Program-made: the position numbers and the translations under genes | Virus record (IMG/VR): IMGVR_UViG_3300032303_002587 | Location: 33,153 to 97,152 of that record | From: a virus | Lineage: Duplodnaviria > Caudoviricetes | Reading direction: 5' to 3' (one strand) | DNA: 64,000 bases | Part shown: positions 54,201-62,333 of the stretch, piece after piece | Layout of the letters: each line of letters begins with the position of its first letter | How positions within the stretch are numbered: the stretch's first letter is position 1 | Notes under the pieces: generated by a model | What the model was told of the DNA's origin: nothing | Seen by the model: only the letters and a program-made list of their open reading frames with translations | Databases searched by the model: none

Positions 54201-56637
54201 CATCAAGATTTATATTTATATAATTTCCATTTGGTCCAATGAAATTCTGGCCACTATTAACTCTTGTATAAATTCCATTGGAAGAAGATTGTCCAGCGCC
54301 TGTTATAGCTATTTTAGCTATAAAGTCTCCTTTGCCAGTAGCTGAACTTGTGTATATATCATTGTAATAACTAGTTCCAGCGCCAGTAATTAATATACTT
54401 TGTGGAAAATGTTTTTCTGAAATTTCATTAAAAAATAATCCATTAAAATCATAAGTATTGCCTTGTATTCCATTGCGATAACTTAAACCTAAACCAAGTA
54501 TTGTTGGAGTTCCTGGATGACCCCATTGTAATCTAACTGGATAATAAGTTCCAGAAGTTAAGGGTAAGTTGGTGATATTTGTTGAAATATTTGCAATCGA
54601 ATACATGTCTGCATTTCCTGTTGTATATCCATTTAGAGCTTTGTCTCCTATCCAAAAATAAGCATCTTCATCAGCACTTATATAAAAATTATGATTTGAA
54701 GTATCATTTGCTCTAAAGTATCCGACCCATTGCCATGAAGTATCATTTGAAAGAGCACGAGTAGTTCCAAAATTTGTGCTATTTTCAGAATTTTGAGTTT
54801 GTGTTATAGTTCCTGTAGGGGGATATTCTCCTTCTGGACCATTTGTCCAATTTATTAAATCAGATGAGATATAAAATATATCTCCTGGACTACTTTCAGG
54901 GTGAACAGACCAATAAGATTCTGATGATGGGTATTGAGCATTATAACTAATTCTCATCTTCCCATTATAAGGAAAAAATTCCGCTGGACCTTCAAAGTAA
55001 TATGTGCCTTGATTGTTTTGATCTCCAACTCTTGTGTATGTTCCAGTAACTGAAAAACTAAAGAATTGTGGATAGCTAGCATTTAATACTAACTCATTTA
55101 TTATTGGTTTAACAGAGGCTGTATTAAACCATGTTGGGTTACCATCAAAATAACCGCTATATTGAATTCCTAATAAACCATCTGTTTTTTCTATAGTATA
55201 CCAACCATTTGGATCTAAATTAATATCATCGTTAGTATATCTAACAATACCATCATCATCTATCAAATTCCATCCACCATTTTCATTTTTTTCTATATGT
55301 CTCAACTCTTGCAAAAGACTATTAAATATATTATTTCCAGAATTTGCTCTAGTATATGTATCATTTAAATTATTAAATGCGGTTTGACTTACTTCTACTC
55401 TATTAACAAAAGGAATATTTCCAGTATTAAAATAAGTATAATCATTTAAGTCCCAATCTCCAACGAAATATCCAGTTTTTCCATATTGAACATCAAACTC
55501 AATAAGATTATTTTTACCAGATACTACTGGCCCATAAAATCCAGTATCATGAAACATACTTCCAGGAATTGGTGATCCAGTTTGTGTATAAACATAAACT
55601 CCATCTACTGTTTGTACTCCTGCGCCATCAAATGATATTTGATTTGGATTTCTATCATAAGGCACTGCATCAAGAGATAATACTCTGCCAAAGTACGCAG
55701 AAGGAGGAGCACATACTCTATGCCCTTTGCTATCAATATCATAAAATAATTTGCCAGCTAAATCTGAAGTCCAAGTATCTGATCCTGGAGGCATATAATC
55801 AAAGATTAAAACTCCTTCGCCTTGTGGTCCATTGCCAAATTCCACAGTTAAGGGGTAATAAGAATTTGCAGTCATTGTGAATATGCCTTCTGAATAATAA
55901 GGTCCATGAAGTCCAGGCAGTGATACTACAGCATTAGTAGCAGTTACATTGGGTGGAAATGCGGCATCCCTAGTAATACTTCTATTTCCGTCAAAAGCAT
56001 CATTTCCAAACCATAGGTAGCTACCGTCGTCTGAGAACAATCTAAATTTGTACACTCCATTAACGTTAGGTTTAAAATAACCTTTGATAATAAGACTTTT
56101 ATTGTTTTGTCCTTGAGCTGAAGAATAGTTATCATCAATCTGAGAAGTAACTTCTTCGGATACAGCAACAGGACTTACGCTTGCAGTTCCTGGGTTCTCG
56201 ATAAAACCAAAACCAAAATAAGTAACGCCTTTACCTATCGATGGAAATGGCGAACCTATAGCTTCTGGTGTATCATATTGGGGTTGTGGAAAAAATCCCC
56301 AATTATACCAATCTTGCTCAGTTGCACTTCCAACGTTACTTATTGTATAATTTGCAGTGTTATAGTCATCAATAAATGCGCTTACTAATCTAGTATTAAA
56401 AAAGTCATCATTTTCATAAAAATAACCTTCATATTTTTTCTTATATAATCCAGCTGCTAAATTTAAACATGCTACATCACTATTATCTGGTTCGGGCGGG
56501 GGGGTGGGTGTGGGGGTGGGTGTGGGGGTGGGTGTGGGTGGCACATTACTGATTATTTTTTTTCTTTTAGGATTACGAACAATAACTCCATGTTGAGTGT
56601 TACCAAGAATTATGGAGTATCCATTTTTAACAATCAT
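51298..56637 (-). CDS. Giant adhesin-like virion protein: PT linker, two PA14/GLEYA-like domains, LamG-like domains, repeated GAG...NGxY modules
   Basis: GYFKP...YKFRLFSDDGSYLWFG and GYFRA...SADEDAYFWIG (PA14); FSFNGVDQY...WHHLGLTY...YING (LamG); C-terminal GKIAEIIAYNRVLTASERQEVENYL. Confidence 0.85.
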   Translation of the reverse strand: MIVKNGYSIILGNTQHGVIVRNPKRKKIISNVPPTPTPTPTPTPTPPPEPDNSDVACLNLAAGLYKKKYEGYFYENDDFFNTRLVSAFIDDYNTANYTISNVGSATEQDWYNWGFFPQPQYDTPEAIGSPFPSIGKGVTYFGFGFIENPGTASVSPVAVSEEVTSQIDDNYSSAQGQNNKSLIIKGYFKPNVNGVYKFRLFSDDGSYLWFGNDAFDGNRSITRDAAFPPNVTATNAVVSLPGLHGPYYSEGIFTMTANSYYPLTVEFGNGPQGEGVLIFDYMPPGSDTWTSDLAGKLFYDIDSKGHRVCAPPSAYFGRVLSLDAVPYDRNPNQISFDGAGVQTVDGVYVYTQTGSPIPGSMFHDTGFYGPVVSGKNNLIEFDVQYGKTGYFVGDWDLNDYTYFNTGNIPFVNRVEVSQTAFNNLNDTYTRANSGNNIFNSLLQELRHIEKNENGGWNLIDDDGIVRYTNDDINLDPNGWYTIEKTDGLLGIQYSGYFDGNPTWFNTASVKPIINELVLNASYPQFFSFSVTGTYTRVGDQNNQGTYYFEGPAEFFPYNGKMRISYNAQYPSSESYWSVHPESSPGDIFYISSDLINWTNGPEGEYPPTGTITQTQNSENSTNFGTTRALSNDTSWQWVGYFRANDTSNHNFYISADEDAYFWIGDKALNGYTTGNADMYSIANISTNITNLPLTSGTYYPVRLQWGHPGTPTILGLGLSYRNGIQGNTYDFNGLFFNEISEKHFPQSILITGAGTSYYNDIYTSSATGKGDFIAKIAITGAGQSSSNGIYTRVNSGQNFIGPNGNYININLDGPQIYGIYDNTVKEYTYIQELNYNFGWNVGVYYSFITLEGPDPQDPQYGTFLGDYTRSVYGKTTFNGPNGNNIVWNNSLNRWELLNNSNIVIAHFADGDFAGLSISWFSWDVTWDNYPDNVYTNDSEFGTVPKSLVLPNSTYYGQNDSDNVLYWSLSQGRWVLSNISKQNFFGDEPVGYYLGIENQEGYSANDLNFDSPNLWAQDAANLPVPTGSFINNPNFNVANSNGYSYDFTLGEWQSTSGIYDPVPQVAYSHVWLDSISGFNNSGVIYTGNKHVTLVNNPTYSSDYSGIYSFNGVDQYAMTQEVPQSTDGSISYFVWFKPTGAGIVVSELGQPQPSTAWHDSQLEVAQNGTVNFGIWGAYTANPEFKIQSTGSIDFNRWHHLGLTYAPTSASSGILSAYINGEKIADSNCSSRLVPPNLYYGICANDSTNMGVDGFGKGSVGSFQVYNTGLTEIQVGNLYSGEKDRFPNIDNMFFPSLWLDASTGVNKFSYNYISEIVISGTSNPSFSGTYTADTVPNLNTDTGGPDVYYLTGPAGKSIVYGENDENIFYLSSVGESSYSFSSNNGINWSPRIYTQIDISNFTGLYAGANGIYNYDENDHRWHNGSYSIEDGALFITIIQQFNQTDVLIATNSNNYQGSWTPANYTNSVTLSGAGTSSVDGIYTRTESDELTDDRSPFLASEERAIRWNGESIWFTTNGEYYAYGGLENWTTNGGAAGDLPYPTASIGTSPRSIGSATSNFFYFPSGSISGNVTTSTVNTDLVASWEDQSNNGKNATAIVSPIYSTNSINGKPALVFANNAYLTTANIFNGANPRSMFAVYYIDSETASNTVIAQSNEYSQDVGTYFMLQSRSDLDSSPYLAGYNDDLSGPAYVNQELLLGMADYDGTTARLFKNGTLVNLAQKTYDTYNSNFYIGAFNENGLIRERFGGKIAEIIAYNRVLTASERQEVENYLSNKYAISLA
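56494..56541. repeat. G-rich 12-bp tandem repeat (GGGGGTGGGTGT x3) with a G7 run
   Basis: Exact copies at 56500, 56512 and 56524. Confidence 0.9.
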
Positions 56638-56644
56638 ATCACAT

Positions 56645-56651
56645 ATTACAC
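56645..56651 (-). promoter_or_regulatory. GTGTAAT motif 7 nt before the ATG at 56637
   Basis: GTGTAAT-ATGTGAT-ATG. Confidence 0.75.
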
Positions 56652-56681
56652 ATTTAAATTACTTTAAATGGGTTTTAAATT

Positions 56682-57554
56682 TTAATCGTAACCAAAATAT
56701 ATTCCGCCGCCCCAATTTATATTTTTATATTCAAATTTAACTCTAAATTCACCATATTGACCATTTAAAAGATATCTATTATTATTTAGGTCATAAGAAT
56801 ATTTAGTGCTTTGATCTACTGTTTCTGTTCCATCTATCCATTCCCAAACTATAACATCGTTCCATAGTATTCTGGCATAACTTGATTGGGATTCATCTGC
56901 TTTTGTATCTAAATAATCTGCCCAATCAATTGATATATATGGATATTCGCCATGAGAACTAATATTTCTATAATTTCCAGTCCATGTTATACTATAAGCT
57001 TGTGCGAAAGCTGGTGAGTCAACATAAAGATAAGATCCTCCATCTGATCCATATGAAACTCCCTCTGGTAATGAATCAGTTGTTTGCCAAGAGTTTTCTA
57101 AATTATTTAAATCAGATACAATGTTTGCTCCATTTCTACAATCTTTCCAAAATCCAGTTGGAGCAGATGTACATCTTTCCCAAGCTATAAAATTAGTATC
57201 ATCAGTAGACCATAAGCTAACTTCACCAGCATAGTTTAAATCACTTAAAGTTCCACCATCTCCAGCTGAGACTGCTGATCCGCTAGTTAGAATAAAATTA
57301 AAATTAGTATCAGATGCTTGTTCGCCATATTTAACAAAAAGAGGATTTACTCCTAAATTTTGAACAAAAAGTTCTTCTCTATCAGAATTAGCCCACATAA
57401 CACTTTCATTACTAGCACCAAGAATATCGTTAGAAATCCAACTTCCACCTTTGTCTAGAGCATTAATATCTAGAGGTTTATAAGAGTCAGTTTTTGAATC
57501 GTATGATAGACTAATACGTTTTTCTGTTTGATCGTTTGTGTTAATATTGGCCAT
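56682..57554 (-). CDS. Putative virion accessory/decoration protein
   Basis: REELFVQNLGVNPLFVKYG small beta-sandwich pattern; late motif upstream. Confidence 0.5.
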   Translation of the reverse strand: MANINTNDQTEKRISLSYDSKTDSYKPLDINALDKGGSWISNDILGASNESVMWANSDREELFVQNLGVNPLFVKYGEQASDTNFNFILTSGSAVSAGDGGTLSDLNYAGEVSLWSTDDTNFIAWERCTSAPTGFWKDCRNGANIVSDLNNLENSWQTTDSLPEGVSYGSDGGSYLYVDSPAFAQAYSITWTGNYRNISSHGEYPYISIDWADYLDTKADESQSSYARILWNDVIVWEWIDGTETVDQSTKYSYDLNNNRYLLNGQYGEFRVKFEYKNINWGGGIYFGYD

Positions 57555-57564
57555 AGTAATTTAT

Positions 57565-57571
57565 ATTACAC
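57565..57571 (-). promoter_or_regulatory. GTGTAAT motif 10 nt before the ATG at 57554
   Basis: Intergenic copy. Confidence 0.7.
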
Positions 57572-57592
57572 ATTAAATATAAAAATGATATA

Positions 57593-58312
57593 TTATTTTA
57601 TTTCTTCAAATTTCTCAATAATATAAGCTAAGATATCATTTCTCATGATGTCTTCTCTGCCAAATTTAAAAGTACATATTCCTTTATCTGAGCTTTTCTT
57701 ATCGTCAAAAAGATTGTATATCTTCTCAAATCCGCTATTCTTAATATCAGATTGTCTAATATCTCCAATTAATATTAATTTACTAAATTTACCCATTCTA
57801 GTAGTAATAAGTAATAAGTCATGAACACTTAAATTCTGAGCTTCGTCACAGATAATATAACTAGCATTAATGCTAAGTCCTCGCAAAAATCCTACTGGCA
57901 ATCCTTTAACTCTTTCTTGTTTTAGTAGCATCTCGACTTGTCCTTTTGGTAATAATTCATGAAGCTTATCCATTAATGGTTGAAGATAAGGATCAAGTTT
58001 GCTATGAAGATCACCTTTAAGAAATCCAAGGTTATGAGAAGAGCTTTCTACTGGATTACGAATATAAAATATTTCGCCAATTTTTTTACTATTAATAGCA
58101 TTTAAAGCTGCATAAACTGAAAGCAAACTTTTTGCTGTTCCTGCTGGACCTTTACAAAAAACCATTTTGGTACTTTTATCTTGAAGAAGTTGAATGAATT
58201 TCTTTTGATTATCTGTCCATTGTAATTCGCGAATATTCAAGAACCCTTCAATTTTATCTCTTTGAGGAACAGGAGCTGACTTGTCTTCTTTTTGTTTATG
58301 CTTTTTAGACAT
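57593..58312 (-). CDS. phoH: PhoH-family ATPase
   Basis: GPAGTAKS, LGFLKGD, FLRGLS, IICDEAQN, TRMG, GDIRQSD. Confidence 0.93.
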   Translation of the reverse strand: MSKKHKQKEDKSAPVPQRDKIEGFLNIRELQWTDNQKKFIQLLQDKSTKMVFCKGPAGTAKSLLSVYAALNAINSKKIGEIFYIRNPVESSSHNLGFLKGDLHSKLDPYLQPLMDKLHELLPKGQVEMLLKQERVKGLPVGFLRGLSINASYIICDEAQNLSVHDLLLITTRMGKFSKLILIGDIRQSDIKNSGFEKIYNLFDDKKSSDKGICTFKFGREDIMRNDILAYIIEKFEEIK

Positions 58313-58328
58313 TATACTTACATATAAA

Positions 58329-58357
58329 TTTACACCATATTTTCAATTTAGTGTAAA
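58329..58357. promoter_or_regulatory. Back-to-back pair of GTGTAAA motifs (minus 58329-58335, plus 58351-58357) for divergent genes
   Basis: Each copy is oriented toward its own downstream gene. Confidence 0.75.
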
Positions 58358-58367
58358 TAAATTAACT

Positions 58368-59030
58368 GTGGCATACTTAAACGCAAATATTCCTCCGATT
58401 GAATGCTACGTAAGAGGCAATTACTTAAGAAATCAAGAAGATAGTTTTGATAAAAAATATAAATGTTTAATTTTTGGTGTTACAAGTTTACCTAGTCAAG
58501 TTCCTCTTTTTAATTTTCTAATGGAAGATGGCGGTATTTGGTGGCACTCTCCAATAAGTGCTTTTTGCTCAAAAGAAGATGCTCCAGATATGCAATTAGA
58601 CGAATTAGAACTTTGGGATAGTTTTAGTTATCATATATCTATAACAACTTTTTATTTATTAGAAAATAAAGTAATAAAATATACTGGAAGAACTGGTCAA
58701 GAATATATGGGTCGCTATTTGTTCACGCTTGATTGGGCTCATAGTGATTACAATGAATTAAATTTTGGATTTAGTCAAAAACCAGATCAGCATAAAGCAG
58801 GTCATGTTATAAAATTAGATAATGGCAATTTCGCAATACAACCTAATAATAGAATAAAAGTATTCGATCCAAGCTTCGCAACAAAACCAAATGAATTATT
58901 GTTGCAAAGAAAAATAAATTCTCATATTTACACTGCTGAAAATAGCCCCAAATGGGTTACTGAAGACAGCAATAATTATGACTATAAAGTAAAGGAAATA
59001 AAAAGTGAAAAAAACAATAAAGATAACTGA
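58368..59030 (+). CDS. Hypothetical phage protein (MAYLNANIPP...)
   Basis: GTG start 10 nt after the plus-strand GTGTAAA. The ORF-track extension to 58281 overlaps phoH. Confidence 0.75.
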   Translation: MAYLNANIPPIECYVRGNYLRNQEDSFDKKYKCLIFGVTSLPSQVPLFNFLMEDGGIWWHSPISAFCSKEDAPDMQLDELELWDSFSYHISITTFYLLENKVIKYTGRTGQEYMGRYLFTLDWAHSDYNELNFGFSQKPDQHKAGHVIKLDNGNFAIQPNNRIKVFDPSFATKPNELLLQRKINSHIYTAENSPKWVTEDSNNYDYKVKEIKSEKNNKDN

Positions 59031-59286
59031 CGCTAACATTCTTGAGGGCGAGAAAGCTAATCCTCAAAATTGTGCAATAGCACGAGCTATTAAAAGCAAA
59101 ATGAAAAAGAAAATTCAAGAAATATCAGTATTACCTACTCAAGTAGTATTGAAAATGGATAAAAAAATATTCATCGCAGAGATGCCAAAGTATGGAACAA
59201 ACTTTATTAAAAGATTTGATCGTGGCCTAGCTGTTAATGCTTTTGAATTAAATTTAAAATTTAAAAAAGGCTACGCCTTGGTTTAA
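59005..59286 (+). CDS. Hypothetical protein
   Basis: AAGGA SD; NCAIARA motif. Confidence 0.7.
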   Translation: MKKTIKITDANILEGEKANPQNCAIARAIKSKMKKKIQEISVLPTQVVLKMDKKIFIAEMPKYGTNFIKRFDRGLAVNAFELNLKFKKGYALV

Positions 59287-60254
59287 TTTTTTATATCTGG
59301 ATCAGCAAGATCTGGATTGTGTTTGGTTTTGGTGCCCCTTTTAAAAGGGACATTTAAATTTTTTATAATTTCTATAGGCTTTTCTATAATTTTTTCTATT
59401 ACTATTTTTTTGGTTTCGTTATCTTCAAATTTTCTATTGGCTGCAATATTATAAGCTAAAAGTAAAGATACTGCTAGTGGATCAAACACGGATACAATGA
59501 TTAATATAAAATACTTAACTACAGTTTCCATCTTTACATTAAATGCTTCTGCTATAAACTTGTAAGTTCCAATATCTGATTTTGTTATTTTACTTTTTAA
59601 ATCTATGATAGATGTATCTAGCTGATTGATTTCGCCTAATAAATTGCTATTAATATTATTAATTTTTTCGATGTTAGATTCTAATGAAGTAATATTAGAT
59701 TGAACAGAGTTTAATGTTTGAGATTTTAATTCTACTGATTTTTTATCTATTACTTTTTCTTGGGTATCATTTCCAAAAAAGCCACCAGATTTAGTTACTG
59801 TTGTTGTTGTGGATTGATCTAAAACCTTTGTTAAATTACCTTCTTGATTTTTACGAGTATCAGTTAAAGTTTTAATTCTATCGTTATTTGAAGCTATTTG
59901 AGATTGTAATGATATTTTCTTTGCTTCTAGTAAACTAAGTTGAGATTCAATTGCATCTATATTACTTTTTGTTGAATAAAAAGCTTGACTAAGATAGCCA
60001 AATATTCCAAGACTTGTTATCCCCATTAAAACAACAACCGCGCCCAATAAATAAATTTTAATAATATTATTAATTTTTTTCCAGTATCGGTATAAAAAGC
60101 TAGTAGCCATTATTTTCCCAAACTCTAAACTGCTAGCCATAACAACTGTTTGCCAAAAGCTACCAGAAAAAAGTAATCCAATTCCTGTGACAGAAAAGAA
60201 AGCGCCACAAGATGCCAAAAATAAAGCTGATAAGCCTAATAATAGTTTAAACAT
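59283..60254 (-). CDS. Membrane protein with a long coiled coil
   Basis: Three N-terminal TM segments, heptad region, C-terminal TM with VFDPLAV. Confidence 0.75.
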   Translation of the reverse strand: MFKLLLGLSALFLASCGAFFSVTGIGLLFSGSFWQTVVMASSLEFGKIMATSFLYRYWKKINNIIKIYLLGAVVVLMGITSLGIFGYLSQAFYSTKSNIDAIESQLSLLEAKKISLQSQIASNNDRIKTLTDTRKNQEGNLTKVLDQSTTTTVTKSGGFFGNDTQEKVIDKKSVELKSQTLNSVQSNITSLESNIEKINNINSNLLGEINQLDTSIIDLKSKITKSDIGTYKFIAEAFNVKMETVVKYFILIIVSVFDPLAVSLLLAYNIAANRKFEDNETKKIVIEKIIEKPIEIIKNLNVPFKRGTKTKHNPDLADPDIKN

Positions 60255-60705
60255 AAAGCAACCAAATGCTATTTTTTTCTTCTTCTGTAAGATTTAAAAT
60301 GTTACCATTTTGGGGTTCTATAAATATGATATCTAAATTGTTATTATTATTAATAAAAATGACATTTATAGCATGACCACCTCGCGTATTACTTTCGGCT
60401 CTTAATAAAGCTTTGTAATGAATTATGCCTATACTTATTCCTTCTGCATTAGATTCTATTTGTTGCTGATAGTAGCCGCAAGAAAACATCTTAAATGCTT
60501 CTGCAAAGTTATCGCAATCCCATTTATGAACCCATTTAGTTAATTTTAAAGATGCTAACCATTGCCAATATTTTGGAAATATTTCTTTAGTTACCATATC
60601 TAAAGTTGGTAAGAAATAGGTTTGATCTGATACGGCTATATTTTTAGGTATCTTTAACCCTTTATTATTCCAACCAAGTATCATATTTGGTGCCGTTACA
60701 TCCAT
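60247..60705 (-). CDS. Papain-like cysteine protease (MOA agglutinin C-terminal-like)
   Basis: WDCDNFA...GHAINV...FIEPQ gives a Cys-His-Glu triad. Confidence 0.7.
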   Translation of the reverse strand: MDVTAPNMILGWNNKGLKIPKNIAVSDQTYFLPTLDMVTKEIFPKYWQWLASLKLTKWVHKWDCDNFAEAFKMFSCGYYQQQIESNAEGISIGIIHYKALLRAESNTRGGHAINVIFINNNNNLDIIFIEPQNGNILNLTEEEKNSIWLLYV

Positions 60706-60712
60706 AGATGTA

Positions 60713-60719
60713 ATTACAC
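60713..60719 (-). promoter_or_regulatory. GTGTAAT motif 7 nt before the ATG at 60705
   Basis: GTGTAAT-TACATCT-ATG. Confidence 0.75.
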
Positions 60720-60732
60720 TACCTAGATACTA

Positions 60733-61056
60733 TTAATCAAATATATTAGGATCAAACTCTGGTACAACTTGTTGTGGCTTTTTATTAGGAAATAAGTTAA
60801 TCAACTTAACATCATTGCTATGATTAATTTTTTTAGGAACATGATTTTCTACTATTTGTTGTGTGGTTATTGTATTTTCGTGAACAATGTATATATTCTT
60901 GGTATTAGCATTTGGCACAATCTCTTGATTGTTTAGATAAAGTCTGTAATCTGGCTTTTTATCGAATAGGTTAAAGTTCATTCCGAAAGCTTTAAACATA
61001 AATAGCATACAATATGTAAAGCCTAACCATGCGGCTAATTGAAATATAAAGTCCAT
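60733..61056 (-). CDS. Small N-terminally membrane-anchored protein
   Basis: Hydrophobic N-terminus; own sigma70 promoter. Confidence 0.7.
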   Translation of the reverse strand: MDFIFQLAAWLGFTYCMLFMFKAFGMNFNLFDKKPDYRLYLNNQEIVPNANTKNIYIVHENTITTQQIVENHVPKKINHSNDVKLINLFPNKKPQQVVPEFDPNIFD

Positions 61057-61062
61057 TTATGT

Positions 61063-61091
61063 ATATTATTCTGATTTTTGAATAATGTCAA
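61063..61091 (-). promoter_or_regulatory. Sigma70 promoter TTGACA-17-TAATAT, 6 nt before the ATG at 61056
   Basis: Consensus -35, 17-nt spacer, no SD. Confidence 0.7.
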
Positions 61092-61602
61092 GTAAGTATT
61101 GTTTAAATTTAACTAAATCTCTTTTATCTTTGGGCCTTATTTGCTTTTTATTTTTTTTGTTTATAGGGTAAAACATTTTGGTTTCAAAAATTTTCAATGG
61201 ATCGTTTATATTTATATTTAATTTATTTATATTGACAGTAATATAATCTTTATTAATATTATTATTTTTAAGAAGAATTATTTCAACATTGAACTCGTCT
61301 TTGGATTTATAACATATTTTTTGATTTCCTAAAGGCCAAGTTAATCCATTTCTTTCAAATTTAAATTGATTTTCTTCTAAAAAGTTAAACCATATGTCTT
61401 TTTCATTATAATCAACTGAAAATTCAATATCTCCATTCTTTCTATATATAGAGTTACAAAAGATAGCTAATGCTGTACCGCCACAAATGTAATACTTTAA
61501 GTTGTTTTTTTCTGCAAATTTTGCTATTTTTTCAATTGTATTGTATATTTGGTTAAGTTTTTGGTTATATGGTAATAGATTATTTAGTTGTTTATATAAC
61601 AT
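61066..61602 (-). CDS. Nucleotidyltransferase (pol-beta superfamily, LicD/ANT(2'')/Lnu-like)
   Basis: YYICGGTALA...RKNGDIEFSV...VEII; C-terminal RPKDKRDL. Confidence 0.65.
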   Translation of the reverse strand: MLYKQLNNLLPYNQKLNQIYNTIEKIAKFAEKNNLKYYICGGTALAIFCNSIYRKNGDIEFSVDYNEKDIWFNFLEENQFKFERNGLTWPLGNQKICYKSKDEFNVEIILLKNNNINKDYITVNINKLNININDPLKIFETKMFYPINKKNKKQIRPKDKRDLVKFKQYLLDIIQKSE

Positions 61603-61610
61603 ATGTTATA

Positions 61611-61844
61611 TTATCTACTTTTCCAATTGCCGCCGACTAATAATCCTTTTTTAATAATATTATTGGTTTTTTTAACAATAGGACTATAAGGTTGTTGTTT
61701 TATTGATATTATAGGTTTGTTTATGATAGGAGATGCAATAGGTTGTTTATTATTGTTTAATTTATTTGTTGTATACTTGGCTATAGAGAAAACTATTACT
61801 GATAAGAATAGTGCTGTAAAGTAGTTTTTTGTTTTGTTGTTCAT
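61611..61844 (-). CDS. Small membrane-anchored protein
   Basis: N-terminal TM; late motif 7 nt upstream. Confidence 0.65.
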   Translation of the reverse strand: MNNKTKNYFTALFLSVIVFSIAKYTTNKLNNNKQPIASPIINKPIISIKQQPYSPIVKKTNNIIKKGLLVGGNWKSR

Positions 61845-61851
61845 AGTTGTT

Positions 61852-61858
61852 ATTACAC
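61852..61858 (-). promoter_or_regulatory. GTGTAAT motif 7 nt before the ATG at 61844
   Basis: GTGTAAT-AACAACT-ATG. Confidence 0.75.
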
Positions 61859-62105
61859 TATCATGGTAAGCGTATATAGCAAAAGGTCTATAAAAGAAAA
61901 TAACCCCGCGGATTTTTTTACTTTGAAGAATATAATGATGTATAGTCTATTTTAATAGATTTAAAAAAGGGGGTATACATAAGCTATATATAAGAATAGT
62001 ATTATATTTATGGGGAGATCTATATAAGTACCCCCACGCCGATATTGTGTTTAAGAGTGACTCGTTTTTTTCAAAAATGGGGGGTTTGATTATAACGCTT
62101 TGTCC
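61859..62105. other. Non-coding strand-switch region with G/C runs; candidate genome end/packaging site or origin
   Basis: Longest intergenic gap; late (-) genes to the left, early-type (+) genes to the right; G4-G6/C4-C5 runs flanked by A/T runs. Confidence 0.4.
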
Positions 62106-62130
62106 TAAGTCGTTGACTATCAATGAAATT
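62106..62130. repeat. 25-bp imperfect palindrome TAAGT-nn-TTGA-nnn-TCAA-nn-A(A/C)(A/T)T(T/G), copy 1
   Basis: TAAGTCGTTGACTATCAATGAAATT. Confidence 0.8.
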
Positions 62131-62146
62131 TAACTGAAGAAATATC

Positions 62147-62174
62147 TTGTGATAATCCTATTCTGTGATAGATT
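62147..62174 (+). promoter_or_regulatory. Early-type promoter TTGTGA-16-TAGATT with extended TG, 6 nt before the ATG at 62181
   Basis: Same geometry as 63257-63284. Confidence 0.6.
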
Positions 62175-62180
62175 ACCTAT

Positions 62181-62330
62181 ATGAAGAAATTAAGTAAATA
62201 CGAACAACTGATCGCAAACCTAAACAAAGCTAGCCAAGACCTTAAGGATGCGTCCTCAAAGGCCATCGCTACTCTTGACGCTCACGCAGAGAAGGTGGAA
62301 GCTATCCACCAAGAGGCGATGAATAAATAA
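62181..62330 (+). CDS. 49-aa coiled-coil protein missing from the ORF track (paralogue of 63291-63479)
   Basis: MKKLSKYEQLIANLNKASQDLKDA aligns with MKRKTKLEILLGNLDKASADLKKA. Confidence 0.8.
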   Translation: MKKLSKYEQLIANLNKASQDLKDASSKAIATLDAHAEKVEAIHQEAMNK

Positions 62331-62333
62331 CCC

